Shown: positions 40,342 to 51,378, counted from the first letter of the stretch. The stretch is DNA of 64,000 bases from Acholeplasmataceae bacterium (GCA_963667565.1 OY763415.1:320001-384000); one strand, 5' to 3'. Translations and numbers: made by a program. The notes: generated by a model from the letters alone, not told the origin.

Positions 40342-41928
40342 ATGCCCAATATATTAGCATTCAGTGTAGACCCAGTAGAAGCAATCATCTCCATTTTGCT
40401 AGCCATTGTGATTGGACTTGTCGCAGGATTTGTGATTCGTGTTATTCAACATGAAAAGAGTTTGAAAAAATCAAGAGCATTGGCTGAAAAAATTGTTGAA
40501 GACGGTAAAAAAGAAGCTGAAAAAATAAAACGTGAAAATGTTTTAGAAGCTAAACAAGAAATTTTTACGCTTAAAAAAGATTTTGAAAATGATATGAGAG
40601 AAAGACGTCAAGTTGTTCTTAATTTAGAGAACAAAGTGACTCAAAGAGAAGAAAATCTTAATAATCGCTCTATCAATTTAGATCGCCGTGAACAATCTTT
40701 ATCATCACGTGAAGACAAACTTGACGAACGTAAGGAACAACTTGAACAATTAAATAGCAAAGTGGAAGAAGTTTTAAAAGCACAAGAAGATAAACTAATT
40801 GAAATTTCTGGAATGGATAAACTTGCTGCACAAGAAATCATTATGTCTAAGGTAAAAGACCAAATGGCAGATGAAATCGCAATCTATATTCGCGATGAAG
40901 AAGACAAAGCGAAAAATCAAGTTCAATCTAAATCTAAGGAATTACTTGCACTCGCAATTCAAAAGTATGCAAGTGAGACAACCACAGAAAGAACTGTATC
41001 TGTAGTTGATCTACCAAACGACGAAATGAAAGGTCGTATTATTGGTAGAGAAGGACGTAATATCCGCACAATAGAAGCACTTACAGGTGTTGATTTAATC
41101 ATTGATGATACACCAGAAGCAGTCGTATTAAGTGGATTTGATCCTGTAAGAAGAGAAATCGCTAAACGCGCATTAACAACACTTGTATCTGATGGACGTA
41201 TCCATCCAGGTAGAATTGAAGAAGTGGTTGAAAAAGCAAGAGTTGAAGTCGATATGTACATCAGAGAATCAGGAGAAGATGCAATATTCCAAGTTGGAAT
41301 TGGACGTATTCATCCAGATTTAGTTAAGTTATTAGGAAGATTAAGTTTTAGAACAAGTTATGGCCAAAATGTTTTAAAACATTCCATTGAAACTGCATTT
41401 TTAGCAGGTAAATTAGCTGTAGAAATTGGCGAAGATGAAATTTTAGCTAGACGTGCTGGTTTACTCCATGATATTGGTAAAGCTGTTGACCATGAAGTTG
41501 AAGGTGGACATGTTGAGATCGGTGTTAACTTAGTGAATCGCTATCATGAACCAAAAGAAGTGATAGATGCTATTGCATCACATCACGGTGATAAAGAACC
41601 TGAATCAATTATTGCAGTTTTAGTTGCTGCAGCAGATGCTTTATCAGCAGCAAGACCTGGTGCACGTAGTGAATCAATGGAAAACTATATTAAGCGCTTG
41701 GAACAATTAGAAACTATTTCTAATGAAATCCCTGGTGTTGACAAATCATTTGCTATTCAAGCAGGTCGTGAAATTAGGGTTTTAGTTAAACCTGATGAAA
41801 TCGATGATTTATCTGCATTTAAAGTTGCGAGAGAAATTAAAGAGCAAATCGAACAAAAAATGTCATATCCTGGAACGATTAAAGTTACTGTTATTCGTGA
41901 AACAAGAGCGACTGATATTGCGAAATAA
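40342..41928 (+). CDS. rny: ribonuclease Y
   Basis: N-terminal TM, coiled coil, KH ([12 protein letters not shown]), HD (LLHDIGK). Confidence 0.97.
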   Translation: MPNILAFSVDPVEAIISILLAIVIGLVAGFVIRVIQHEKSLKKSRALAEKIVEDGKKEAEKIKRENVLEAKQEIFTLKKDFENDMRERRQVVLNLENKVTQREENLNNRSINLDRREQSLSSREDKLDERKEQLEQLNSKVEEVLKAQEDKLIEISGMDKLAAQEIIMSKVKDQMADEIAIYIRDEEDKAKNQVQSKSKELLALAIQKYASETTTERTVSVVDLPNDEMKGRIIGREGRNIRTIEALTGVDLIIDDTPEAVVLSGFDPVRREIAKRALTTLVSDGRIHPGRIEEVVEKARVEVDMYIRESGEDAIFQVGIGRIHPDLVKLLGRLSFRTSYGQNVLKHSIETAFLAGKLAVEIGEDEILARRAGLLHDIGKAVDHEVEGGHVEIGVNLVNRYHEPKEVIDAIASHHGDKEPESIIAVLVAAADALSAARPGARSESMENYIKRLEQLETISNEIPGVDKSFAIQAGREIRVLVKPDEIDDLSAFKVAREIKEQIEQKMSYPGTIKVTVIRETRATDIAK

Positions 41929-41929
41929 T

Positions 41930-41957
41930 TAAAAGGGGCCAATGGTCCCTTTTTTAA
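41930..41957 (+). terminator. intrinsic terminator
   Basis: AAAAGGGGCC-AAT-GGTCCCTTTT followed by T-run. Confidence 0.75.
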
Positions 41958-41984
41958 TGGAAATAAGAAAGAAGGCATTCAACG

Positions 41985-42746
41985 ATGAGAATCCTATTTA
42001 TTGGAGATGTATATGGACAAAGAGGTCTAGATGCACTCAACTTATTTTTACCAGAAATTAAGAACGAATATAAACCAAACATTATTATTGTCAATGGTGA
42101 AAATGCTGCTCATGGTAGAGGCATTAATAAAAAAATATATAAAGAACTTATGTCTATGGGTATCCACATGATTACGATGGGTAATTGGGTATGGGGACAT
42201 AAAGAACTTTATGAATTTATTGATGATGCAAATATTGTTAGACCGTTTAATTTTTATGAAGCACCTGGTGAAGGATATAAGATTATTTCATACAATCAAC
42301 AAAAAATCTTGGTGATTAACGCACTTGGAAGAACATTTATGAATGGTAATGTTGAAAATCCTTTTTTAGGAATTAAAAAAATACTTGAAGATGTTGAGTG
42401 TGATTATTCAATTGTAGATTTTCATGCAGAAGCAACTTCAGAGAAAGTCGCATTAGGACATTATTTAGATGGATTAGCATCAGCTGTGGTTGGTACGCAT
42501 ACACATGTTCCAACTGCGGATAGTAGAATGTTACCTAAAGGAACTTTATATGTCACTGATGTTGGTATGACTGGACCACTTGATGGTATTATTGGTGTCG
42601 ATAGAGATATCGTCATTAATAGATTCTTAAATGGTCATTCAGTCCCTAATGTGGTGGCTTCAGGACCAATTCAATTAAATGCAGTCTTAATGGATTTGTG
42701 TAACAAAAAAATTAAACATATCCATCTAGAAAGCGAAACAGTATAA
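41985..42746 (+). CDS. ymdB: YmdB metallophosphoesterase
   Basis: GDVYG, NGENAAHG, DFHAEATSEK, GTHTHV, DVGMTG. Confidence 0.93.
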   Translation: MRILFIGDVYGQRGLDALNLFLPEIKNEYKPNIIIVNGENAAHGRGINKKIYKELMSMGIHMITMGNWVWGHKELYEFIDDANIVRPFNFYEAPGEGYKIISYNQQKILVINALGRTFMNGNVENPFLGIKKILEDVECDYSIVDFHAEATSEKVALGHYLDGLASAVVGTHTHVPTADSRMLPKGTLYVTDVGMTGPLDGIIGVDRDIVINRFLNGHSVPNVVASGPIQLNAVLMDLCNKKIKHIHLESETV

Positions 42747-42787
42747 ATATACTGTTATATTCATTATAATAAGACTGGGTGATGAAC

Positions 42788-44227
42788 ATGGATCATGTAG
42801 ATGTAGAAAAATACTTTAAACCTGATTTAAAGAAAGCAAGAAAAAGAACAAAAGATACAATTGAAGAATTAAGATTTCAACTTGGTGATGCTCATGAGAA
42901 AATTGGGCTTCATAAAACATATCAAATTCATACATATGGATGTCAAGGAAATGAAGCTGACAGTGAAACAATGGCTGGTATTTTAGAACTTATGGGTTTT
43001 AAAAAGACGGATGTTGAATCTGAAAGTGACGTCATTATCATCAATACGTGTGCCATTAGGGAAAACGCTGAAAATAGAATTTGGGGCGAACTTGGAAGAT
43101 TAAAAGCTTATAAGAGACAAAATCCAGATCTTATTTTAGGTTTAGCAGGTTGTATGGCACAACAAGAGAATGTTGTTGAAAGAATATTAAAAACATATCA
43201 ACATGTTGATATTGTTTTTGGTACACATAATATTCACAAGCTTCCTGAATATATTGAAACAGCGATGTTTTCTAAAGAAAGAGTCATTGAAGTGTTTTCT
43301 AAAGAAGGCGAGATTGTTGAAAATTTACCTAAAACGAGAAATCATAAATTTAAAGCATGGGTTAATATCATGTTTGGTTGTGATGAATTTTGTACATATT
43401 GCATCGTTCCTTACACAAGAGGAAAAGAACGATCTAGATCTAAAGATGAAATTCTTGATGAAGTTAAGTCGCTAGTTGAACAAGGTTATGTTGAAGTTAC
43501 ATTACTTGGTCAAAATGTTAATGCATATGGAAAAGATGTTAATGATGGAGCATATACATTTGGTGACTTATTAAGAGATTTAAATGAAACAGGTATTAAA
43601 CGTATAAGATTCACGACATCTCATCCTCATGATTTAGATTTAAAGACCATGGAAGCGATGAGAGACTGTAGTCATGTGATGCCATTTTTCCATCTTCCAG
43701 TACAATCGGGATCCAATCCTGTCTTAAAGAAGATGAATAGACATTATACAAAGGAATCTTATTTAAGTAAATTAAAGGAACTAAAATCATTAGTACCAGG
43801 TATTAGTGTAACAACAGATATTATCGTTGGCTTCCCAGGAGAGACTGAAGAAGATTTTATTGAAACGCTAGATTTAGTGGATCAAGCTGATTTTGAAGGT
43901 GCGTTTACATTTGTGTTCTCAAAACGTGCAGGTACACCTGCAGCAACATTTGATGATCCAACACCTGAAGAAGAGAAGAAACAAAGATTATATCGACTCA
44001 ATGAAAAAATCAATGCTGGTTATTTAAGAGGTAATTTGAGATTTGTTGATCAAGTGGTTGAAGTTTTAGTCGATGGTGTCTCAAAAAATGATGATACTGT
44101 TTTAGCTGGATATAGTGAACATAATAAATTGATTAATTTTAAAGGTGATCAATCACTGATTGGTCAAATCGTCAAAGTACGTGTAACCAAAGCTAAAACA
44201 TGGTTCTTAATGGGAGAACTTATATGA
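42788..44227 (+). CDS. miaB: tRNA-i6A37 methylthiotransferase
   Basis: TYGCQ, NTCAIRE, GCMAQ, CxxxCxxC radical SAM motif, TRAM; start may be 42779-42788. Confidence 0.96.
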   Translation: MDHVDVEKYFKPDLKKARKRTKDTIEELRFQLGDAHEKIGLHKTYQIHTYGCQGNEADSETMAGILELMGFKKTDVESESDVIIINTCAIRENAENRIWGELGRLKAYKRQNPDLILGLAGCMAQQENVVERILKTYQHVDIVFGTHNIHKLPEYIETAMFSKERVIEVFSKEGEIVENLPKTRNHKFKAWVNIMFGCDEFCTYCIVPYTRGKERSRSKDEILDEVKSLVEQGYVEVTLLGQNVNAYGKDVNDGAYTFGDLLRDLNETGIKRIRFTTSHPHDLDLKTMEAMRDCSHVMPFFHLPVQSGSNPVLKKMNRHYTKESYLSKLKELKSLVPGISVTTDIIVGFPGETEEDFIETLDLVDQADFEGAFTFVFSKRAGTPAATFDDPTPEEEKKQRLYRLNEKINAGYLRGNLRFVDQVVEVLVDGVSKNDDTVLAGYSEHNKLINFKGDQSLIGQIVKVRVTKAKTWFLMGELI

Positions 44228-44559
44228 GTGAAAAAGAAAACTTACTCAAATTAATAGAAGAAAATGAGTCAGTTCAAAGATATAAACAAATCGAAAAAGT
44301 CATTAATAAAGATAAGACTTTAAAACTAAAAATTAATCAATTGAAGTCTGTTCAAAAGCAATTAATTAACGCAAAAGAAATCAATAAAACACAAGCGATT
44401 AAAAAGTTTCAAGAAGAACATGACCAATTGCTTGAAGAAATTGAATCGTTTCCTTTAATGGCTGAATATTTAGAATTACAAGATGAAATTAATCAAATGT
44501 TAAAGACGGTTGTAGAAATTATCGAAAATCGTATTAACAAAGAAATCGAAAATTCGTGA
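44224..44559 (+). CDS. ricA: YmcA/RicA-like (YlbF family) protein
   Basis: Helical, QKQLINAK and PLMAEY segments; follows miaB as in Bacilli. Confidence 0.75.
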   Translation: MSEKENLLKLIEENESVQRYKQIEKVINKDKTLKLKINQLKSVQKQLINAKEINKTQAIKKFQEEHDQLLEEIESFPLMAEYLELQDEINQMLKTVVEIIENRINKEIENS

Positions 44560-44652
44560 AAAAAGCCTTTTAAAGCCAAAAAATGCAAAAATATTTGTAA
44601 TAATTATAAAATCATAGTAAAATGAAATTAAGAATTTCATAGGAGGGTTGTT

Positions 44653-46272
44653 ATGTCTAAGTTTTCAAGAGATACAGATGTTTTAGTGGGGAAAAAACAA
44701 TTGAAGGTAGAAGAAATATTAAAATCAATTATTTATTTACCTGCGCCAAAAGTTCTTGAATTTTTTAGCAGCATTGGGTTGACTGTTCCTCGTGAATTAA
44801 GAATTTTTGTTTTAAGAGAAAATCTAAGAGAAAAAGTTGCAGAAACAAGAAAGTCAAGATTGACATTAGCTGATGAATTAAACTATCGTCTATCATGGTT
44901 TACAGAGTTTACTGAAACACAATTAGAAAACCTTTTAATCTTTTTTAACGACCAAGTTGTTTTTAAAAAATATTTAGAAGATTTATGGACTGATCTACTA
45001 GGATATATGGTTGAAAAACAAGTCCCAAATTTTGACTTGGAAAAATTATATAACCAAGCACTAGATCATGTAAAAGCTAATAAATTAGTATTACCACAAA
45101 TTGCAGAATATAACTATGGTATCAAAGATTTGTTCTATGATAGTTTTGGTCGTATTGATGGTGTATCTCCTAATAAAATTCGTAACGTACTATATAAAAG
45201 TTCAACGCTTACTGAAATTAGAGATTTAGGACATAAGTTTGATGTTGATATTCCAAGAAGATTAAAGAAAAATGAACTTGCAGATATTATTGTTAAAGAA
45301 CTTAAAGATAATGGATCATATACTGAAGATCTTGAAAAACAAGTAAGATCAATGTCTGTTATTGTGATGCAAAGATTTGCGATTGATCACAATATTAAAG
45401 CTTCTACTGAACTTAAAAAAGAAGAAGTTATTGAATATATATTAAAAAATGCAAAAGAAACGAAAGAAACTTATTTTGTTCCAAATTCAAGAGACGTTTA
45501 TGAAAAAGAAATGAACCAAACTGAAGAAGAACAACCTAAGGAAGAACCAAAAGTAGAAGAGAAAATTGCTGAAGAAGTTAGTGAAGTAAGTGAAGATCAA
45601 GTCGCAATTATTATCGAAGAAGAAAAAGAACCTGAAATTGTGGTTGAAGATGAACCTCAAGTTGATGAAGAGGTATCTTTTGTTGAAACTAAAGTTGTTG
45701 AAGTAAGTGAAAAGACACCTAAAGTTGAATATGTTCAATCAAATCTAAACTTTGATGCATTAGTTGATGAAGTTAAAAAATTAAGAGTTGCAGTTGAAAA
45801 TTTTGAAATCAAGGCAACAAAAGAAGACCATATGTTTGAAGTTGTTGATGAAGAAGAAAAAACAACAGATGGCACGCCTAAAGTTGAAGTCATTAATACA
45901 GCTGAGTACTATGGTACTGATAAAGCATATAAACAATTAGTAAAAACAGATGAAAATCTTGAAAGAGAACTTTTCGTTGAAAAACATAAAGTAGAAAAGC
46001 AAAAAGAATCAGAAAGCAATGTTAAAAAAGAAATACCAGCGGAATTAAGAGTCACTGGAAAAGTCCTTAAATTCTTATTAAAATTCTTAGGTATCGTTCT
46101 TGCAATTGCACTTGTTTTACTACTTATCTATTCTGCTTTAGATTTCTTTATTCAATGGACAGCATTTGATAGTATCACTTCTTCAATTAACCAAGTGAAA
46201 TTATTTGGCAATGGTGCGATTGAATGGTTATTTAAATTCTGGGATCTATTCTTTACTCAAAACACAAACTAA
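44653..46272 (+). CDS. hypothetical protein: repeated Rho-N/HeH-like motifs, acidic linker, C-terminal TM
   Basis: AGGAGG SD; repeats TLTEIRDLGHKFDVDIPRRLKKNELADII and SVIVMQRFAIDHNIKASTELKKEEVIEYIL; E-rich linker; hydrophobic C-terminus. Confidence 0.8.
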   Translation: MSKFSRDTDVLVGKKQLKVEEILKSIIYLPAPKVLEFFSSIGLTVPRELRIFVLRENLREKVAETRKSRLTLADELNYRLSWFTEFTETQLENLLIFFNDQVVFKKYLEDLWTDLLGYMVEKQVPNFDLEKLYNQALDHVKANKLVLPQIAEYNYGIKDLFYDSFGRIDGVSPNKIRNVLYKSSTLTEIRDLGHKFDVDIPRRLKKNELADIIVKELKDNGSYTEDLEKQVRSMSVIVMQRFAIDHNIKASTELKKEEVIEYILKNAKETKETYFVPNSRDVYEKEMNQTEEEQPKEEPKVEEKIAEEVSEVSEDQVAIIIEEEKEPEIVVEDEPQVDEEVSFVETKVVEVSEKTPKVEYVQSNLNFDALVDEVKKLRVAVENFEIKATKEDHMFEVVDEEEKTTDGTPKVEVINTAEYYGTDKAYKQLVKTDENLERELFVEKHKVEKQKESESNVKKEIPAELRVTGKVLKFLLKFLGIVLAIALVLLLIYSALDFFIQWTAFDSITSSINQVKLFGNGAIEWLFKFWDLFFTQNTN

Positions 46273-46292
46273 TTTAGAAAAAGGGGGCAACT

Positions 46293-48812
46293 ATGGATAA
46301 GCAAAATTACACCCCAATGATGCAACAATACTTAAAAATTAAAGAAGACTACGCTGATGCGTTGGTCTTTTTTAGATTAGGTGATTTCTATGAAATGTTT
46401 TTTGATGATGCTATTTTAGCATCAAAAGTATTAGAAATTGCATTGACATCAAGGGATGCCGGAGAAAAAGTACCCATGTGTGGCGTACCTTTTCATTCTG
46501 TAAAACCATACATTCAAAAATTAATTGAAAAAGGATTTAAAATTGCCATTGTTGAACAAGTCAGTGAACCAGGTAAAGGATTAGTCGAAAGAAAAGTTGT
46601 TAGATTGATTACACCAGGCACTGTATTTGAAGATGGTATTTTAGATGCTGATAGTCATAATTTTATAGGTAACGTTGTTTTAACTGAAAAAGGATATGCA
46701 CTCACCTATGTTGATATTTCAACAGGAGAAGCTTTTTTAACTGATGATTTAGAGAAATTTGAAGTGATTGATCTTATTTATGGATTAAAGATAAAAGAGA
46801 TTGTTTTACCTGACCATTTTGATCAAGTCTTTGTAGATACACTTAAATCTCACCAGATTCTTATCTCATATTTTAATCATTTTGATTTAAGTGAACAAAA
46901 ATATTTGCAAAACTTAGATCGTGATCAAAAACGAGCTGCATCACACTTGCTAAATTATTTAAATGACACACAAAAACAAAACATCATGCATTTGATGGCT
47001 TTTGAAGTTGTTAAAAAAGTTGGTCATATGCACGTAGATTATCGTGTCAAAAAACATTTAGAAATTCAAGAATCACTTGTAAATCAAGATCAGACCACAT
47101 TAATTCATTGGATGAATCACTGCCATACAGCAATGGGCTCAAGATATTTAAAACATATGTTTAATCAACCGCTCTATGATTTAAATCAATTGAATGAAAG
47201 ATATGATTTGATAGATGCTTTTAGCTTATATTTGCCAAGACAACAAGTGATAGAAAGTTTAAAATATATTTATGATATCAATCGAATTGTCGGTAGAGTT
47301 GCATTTAAGAGCGTTAACGCTAGAGATTTATATCAATTAAAAGAGACGCTTAAACAAGTACCTACCTTAAAGGAAAGTTTAAAACTATATCAAAAAGATG
47401 CCATTAATCAATTGATTAATGACATGGATAGCCATGAAGCATTGTGTACATATTTAGAATCATCAATTATCGATGAACCACCGCTTACAGTTAAAGAAGG
47501 TGGCATGATCAAAGAAGGATTTAATGTAGAACTTGATGAACTCAGACATATCAATGATAAAGCCCAATCTTGGTTAGAACAATTCGAGATTGAAGAACGT
47601 GAAAGAACAGGTATTAAAACGCTAAAAGTTGGTTATAATCGTGTGTTTGGTTATTTTATTGAAGTTTCAAAAGGTCAGACACAATTTGTTGATCCAAGTT
47701 TTGGATATGAACGTAAACAAACACTTACCAATAGTGAACGATATATTTCACCTATCTTAAAAGAAAAAGAAGATATGATCCTTCATGCTAAAGATAAAGC
47801 AATCAATTTGGAATATCAGTTGTTTACAGATATTAGAGCCTATGTGGAAACATTTGCTCAATCACTACAAATCTTATCAACATTGATTGCTAAAGTGGAT
47901 GTCTTTTTAAATTTAGCAACACTTGCTGAAAAATATCGACTTATAAGACCAACATTAACAGAAGATAGACATGTAGAAATATTAAAGGGTAGACATTTAG
48001 TGGTTGAGCAATTTACGAAATTTATAGAAAATGATATTGTGATGGATGAAGGAGAAATCTTTTTAATCACAGGTCCTAATATGAGTGGTAAATCAACTTA
48101 TATGCGTATGTTTGCACTTATTGTTTATATGGCTCAATGTGGCTCATTTGTGCCAGCAGAATCAGCGAAACTTCCGCTTTATGACGCACTTTTTACTAGA
48201 ATTGGATCAAGTGATGACTTAAGTGGTGGTAAATCAACTTTTATGGTAGAAATGGTTGAATCAAATGAAGCACTCACAAGAGCAACCAATAAGTCTTTAA
48301 TCTTATTTGATGAAATTGGAAGAGGGACAGCAACTTATGATGGTATGGCACTTGCGCAAGGAATGATTGAATATATACACGAGAAAATTGGTGCACAAAC
48401 ATTATTTTCTACGCATTATCATGAGCTTACGTTTTTAGAACAAACCCTACATAGATTAACAAATTTATGTGTTAGAGCTAAAGAAGAAAAAGATACAATG
48501 GTTTTTCTACACCATGTAGAAAAAGGAACGACTGATAAATCATATGGTATTCAAGTTGCCAGTCTTGCACATTTACCACAAGTATTAATTAAGCGAAGTC
48601 AAGATATTTTAGTGCAATTAGAACAAAAAGAGAAAAAAGTTGTTCTTGATTTGTTTAACTATGATGAATATCAAGCATCACTTGAACAAACAACAAGTCA
48701 AGAAGAATTAAGCGTATTAAAAGAAATCGAGTCATTAAACACTGATCAAATCACGCCACTTGATGCACTTTTACTACTCAAGCATTTACAGTCTAATTTA
48801 AAGAAAAAATAG
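46293..48812 (+). CDS. mutS: DNA mismatch repair protein MutS
   Basis: TPMMQQY, GDFYEMF, TGPNMSGKST, DEIGRG, SYGIQVA. Confidence 0.98.
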   Translation: MDKQNYTPMMQQYLKIKEDYADALVFFRLGDFYEMFFDDAILASKVLEIALTSRDAGEKVPMCGVPFHSVKPYIQKLIEKGFKIAIVEQVSEPGKGLVERKVVRLITPGTVFEDGILDADSHNFIGNVVLTEKGYALTYVDISTGEAFLTDDLEKFEVIDLIYGLKIKEIVLPDHFDQVFVDTLKSHQILISYFNHFDLSEQKYLQNLDRDQKRAASHLLNYLNDTQKQNIMHLMAFEVVKKVGHMHVDYRVKKHLEIQESLVNQDQTTLIHWMNHCHTAMGSRYLKHMFNQPLYDLNQLNERYDLIDAFSLYLPRQQVIESLKYIYDINRIVGRVAFKSVNARDLYQLKETLKQVPTLKESLKLYQKDAINQLINDMDSHEALCTYLESSIIDEPPLTVKEGGMIKEGFNVELDELRHINDKAQSWLEQFEIEERERTGIKTLKVGYNRVFGYFIEVSKGQTQFVDPSFGYERKQTLTNSERYISPILKEKEDMILHAKDKAINLEYQLFTDIRAYVETFAQSLQILSTLIAKVDVFLNLATLAEKYRLIRPTLTEDRHVEILKGRHLVVEQFTKFIENDIVMDEGEIFLITGPNMSGKSTYMRMFALIVYMAQCGSFVPAESAKLPLYDALFTRIGSSDDLSGGKSTFMVEMVESNEALTRATNKSLILFDEIGRGTATYDGMALAQGMIEYIHEKIGAQTLFSTHYHELTFLEQTLHRLTNLCVRAKEEKDTMVFLHHVEKGTTDKSYGIQVASLAHLPQVLIKRSQDILVQLEQKEKKVVLDLFNYDEYQASLEQTTSQEELSVLKEIESLNTDQITPLDALLLLKHLQSNLKKK

Positions 48813-48820
48813 GTGAAAAT

Positions 48821-50509
48821 ATGTCTTTGATTCAAAAAATGGATCATAAACTTTCGAATATGATAGCAGCTGGTGAAGTTGTTGAAAGACCAAGTTCAGT
48901 CATTAAAGAATTGGTCGAAAATTCACTTGATGCGCAAGCAACTAAAATCACGATTAAAGTGACTGGTTTTGGCATGGAAAATATGACAGTCATCGATAAT
49001 GGTATCGGCATGGATCATATAGATGCTAAGCTTGCTTTTGAAAGATATGCAACATCTAAAATTAAATCAGAGACTGACTTATCTCACATTCATACACTTG
49101 GATTTAGAGGAGAAGCACTTGCTGCAATCAGCGCAGTCTCTAAAGTGATACTACGTACAAAAACAAAAGATTCCACAGGTATTAAAGTCATATATGAAGG
49201 TGGACATTTTGTAAGTATCCAAGAAGAGGGTATGAATCAAGGGACACATATTGAAGTGTCTAACTTGTTTTATAATACACCAGCACGATTTAAATATATT
49301 AAATCTGAATATAGTGAAAAATATGCCATTATCGATATATTTGACAGATTAGCACTTGCAAATCCGAATGTTTATATGCAACTATATTTTGATGATAAAT
49401 TATATAAAGAAACTTATGGCCAAAATGATTTTTATCAACTTATTGATCAAATCTATGGTAAACAAATGACCAAAGGTATGATCATTCATAAGCATCAGTT
49501 TCAACATATAAGTATGAAGTTATATTTATTATCTCCAAATATTGTGAGATCAAAGAAGAAAGATATATCCATATTTATTAATCAAAGATATATAAAAAAC
49601 TATCGTTTAACACAAGCAGTTATTGATGGATATCATTCATTTTTAATGGTTGGAAAGTTTCCGATTGCAGCCATTGATATTGAAATGGATCCTAGTTTAT
49701 TAGATGTTAACGTTCATCCTCAAAAATATGAAGTAAAGTTTGTTAATGAAACTTTATTAGCTTTTGAATTGGAACAAACCATTAAAAAAGCTTTAGAACA
49801 AAGCGCACATCCCATTCAAGAAAATTTAGCGTCAGTTAAAAAAGAATTCAAACAAGAGTCTTTTACGAGATCTTCATTTGAACTTTTTGAAGAGCCAACA
49901 GTTGATCATTTTATGAATGAAGTTGAAGATCAGAGTCAAAAACTACCATATCTTGAATATATTGGTATTTTTGCAGGTACATATATTCTATTTCAAAATG
50001 ACCAAGGTCTTTATTTAATGGATCAACATGCTGCTGCAGAACGCATTAGATATGAATATTACTATGAAGCATTAGGTCATCCAAATTTCGCGATTAAAGA
50101 AAGACTTATTCCATATGAATTAAATCTTTCTAATGATGAAATCATACAATTATTAAGGTTTGAAGATCAACTTAAATCATATGGTTTTACATTTCATGAT
50201 CAAAAATTAATTGGAAGTCCAACATGGTTAAGAGAAGATGAGATTGATCAAGCGATTGAATCAATGTTTCATATGCTTATAGAAAATCAAAAGATTGAAT
50301 TAAATAAATTAAGAGATGATTTAGCCAAAGATGTCAGCTGTAAAGGTGCCATTAAAGCAAATCATTACATTACACCTAAAGAAGTGATGACGATTTTAAA
50401 ATCACTTAATGCATGTAAAAATCCATATACATGTCCTCATGGTAGACCAACGATGATTAAATTATCACACTATGAAATTGAACGCATGTTCAAACGTATC
50501 GTATCATGA
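48821..50509 (+). CDS. mutL: DNA mismatch repair protein MutL (endonuclease type)
   Basis: AAGEVVERP, GFRGEAL, DQHAAAERIRYE, SCK, CPHGRP. Confidence 0.98.
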   Translation: MSLIQKMDHKLSNMIAAGEVVERPSSVIKELVENSLDAQATKITIKVTGFGMENMTVIDNGIGMDHIDAKLAFERYATSKIKSETDLSHIHTLGFRGEALAAISAVSKVILRTKTKDSTGIKVIYEGGHFVSIQEEGMNQGTHIEVSNLFYNTPARFKYIKSEYSEKYAIIDIFDRLALANPNVYMQLYFDDKLYKETYGQNDFYQLIDQIYGKQMTKGMIIHKHQFQHISMKLYLLSPNIVRSKKKDISIFINQRYIKNYRLTQAVIDGYHSFLMVGKFPIAAIDIEMDPSLLDVNVHPQKYEVKFVNETLLAFELEQTIKKALEQSAHPIQENLASVKKEFKQESFTRSSFELFEEPTVDHFMNEVEDQSQKLPYLEYIGIFAGTYILFQNDQGLYLMDQHAAAERIRYEYYYEALGHPNFAIKERLIPYELNLSNDEIIQLLRFEDQLKSYGFTFHDQKLIGSPTWLREDEIDQAIESMFHMLIENQKIELNKLRDDLAKDVSCKGAIKANHYITPKEVMTILKSLNACKNPYTCPHGRPTMIKLSHYEIERMFKRIVS

Positions 50510-51375
50510 AAAAAGTATGTGTGATTGTTGGACCTACCGCGTCTGGGAAAACTAAATTATCGATTGAACTTGCTAAAGCGTATGACATGGAAATTATCAA
50601 TGGTGATTCAGTACAAGTCTATCAAAGACTTGATATTGGATCTGCAAAGATTAAAGACCATGAAAAAGAAGGTATTAAACATTATTTAATCGATCACATC
50701 GATCCTAGAAAACAGTATTCAGTTTACGATTTTCAACAAGATGTTAGACTTGCAATTGAAAAGATTGATTTTCCACTGATTGTAGGTGGCACAGGTTTAT
50801 ATATAAAAGCAGCTTTATATGATTATGAATTTGAAGAGATGGGTCGAGATGACACATTTGAGCACATCTATCAAGATATGCCTACTGAAATGATATACCA
50901 AGAGTTAATTAAGTTAGATAAAGATATTGTCATTGATTCTAAAAATAGAAGACGTGTTTTAAGAGCTTTAGAACAAGCAAAATTAGGATATTTACGTTCA
51001 GAGAAAGACAAAAAAGATCAACTTTTATATGATGCTTTAATCATTTATTTAGATTTAGATCGAAAAACACTTGAAGAAAGACTGATTAAAAGATTAGATG
51101 ATATGATTGAAGAAGGGTTTATTGAAGAAGTAGCATCGTTACTTAAGGATGACATGAATAAAAATGTCATTGGATATCGAGAACTTGCTCAATATTTAAA
51201 AGGTGAACTTTCTTTAATTGAAGCTAAAGCTTTAATCATTAAAAAAAGTAAACAGTTAGCCAAAAAACAAAAGACATGGTTTAAAAATCAAATGCATCCA
51301 CATATCTTAGATGCACAAAGTCAAACATTATTAAGTGATTGCAAATCACTGATTGATGATTTTTTAAAGGAGTAA
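50506..51375 (+). CDS. miaA: tRNA dimethylallyltransferase
   Basis: GPTASGKT, DSVQVY, VGGTGLY, AKKQKTWF. Confidence 0.96.
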   Translation: MKKVCVIVGPTASGKTKLSIELAKAYDMEIINGDSVQVYQRLDIGSAKIKDHEKEGIKHYLIDHIDPRKQYSVYDFQQDVRLAIEKIDFPLIVGGTGLYIKAALYDYEFEEMGRDDTFEHIYQDMPTEMIYQELIKLDKDIVIDSKNRRRVLRALEQAKLGYLRSEKDKKDQLLYDALIIYLDLDRKTLEERLIKRLDDMIEEGFIEEVASLLKDDMNKNVIGYRELAQYLKGELSLIEAKALIIKKSKQLAKKQKTWFKNQMHPHILDAQSQTLLSDCKSLIDDFLKE

Positions 51376-51378
51376 CAG

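Noticed and set aside
45500..46030. GAA-rich stretch as a DNA tandem repeat
   Set aside because: Explained by Glu/Lys-rich coding in the 44653 protein; no exact repeat unit.
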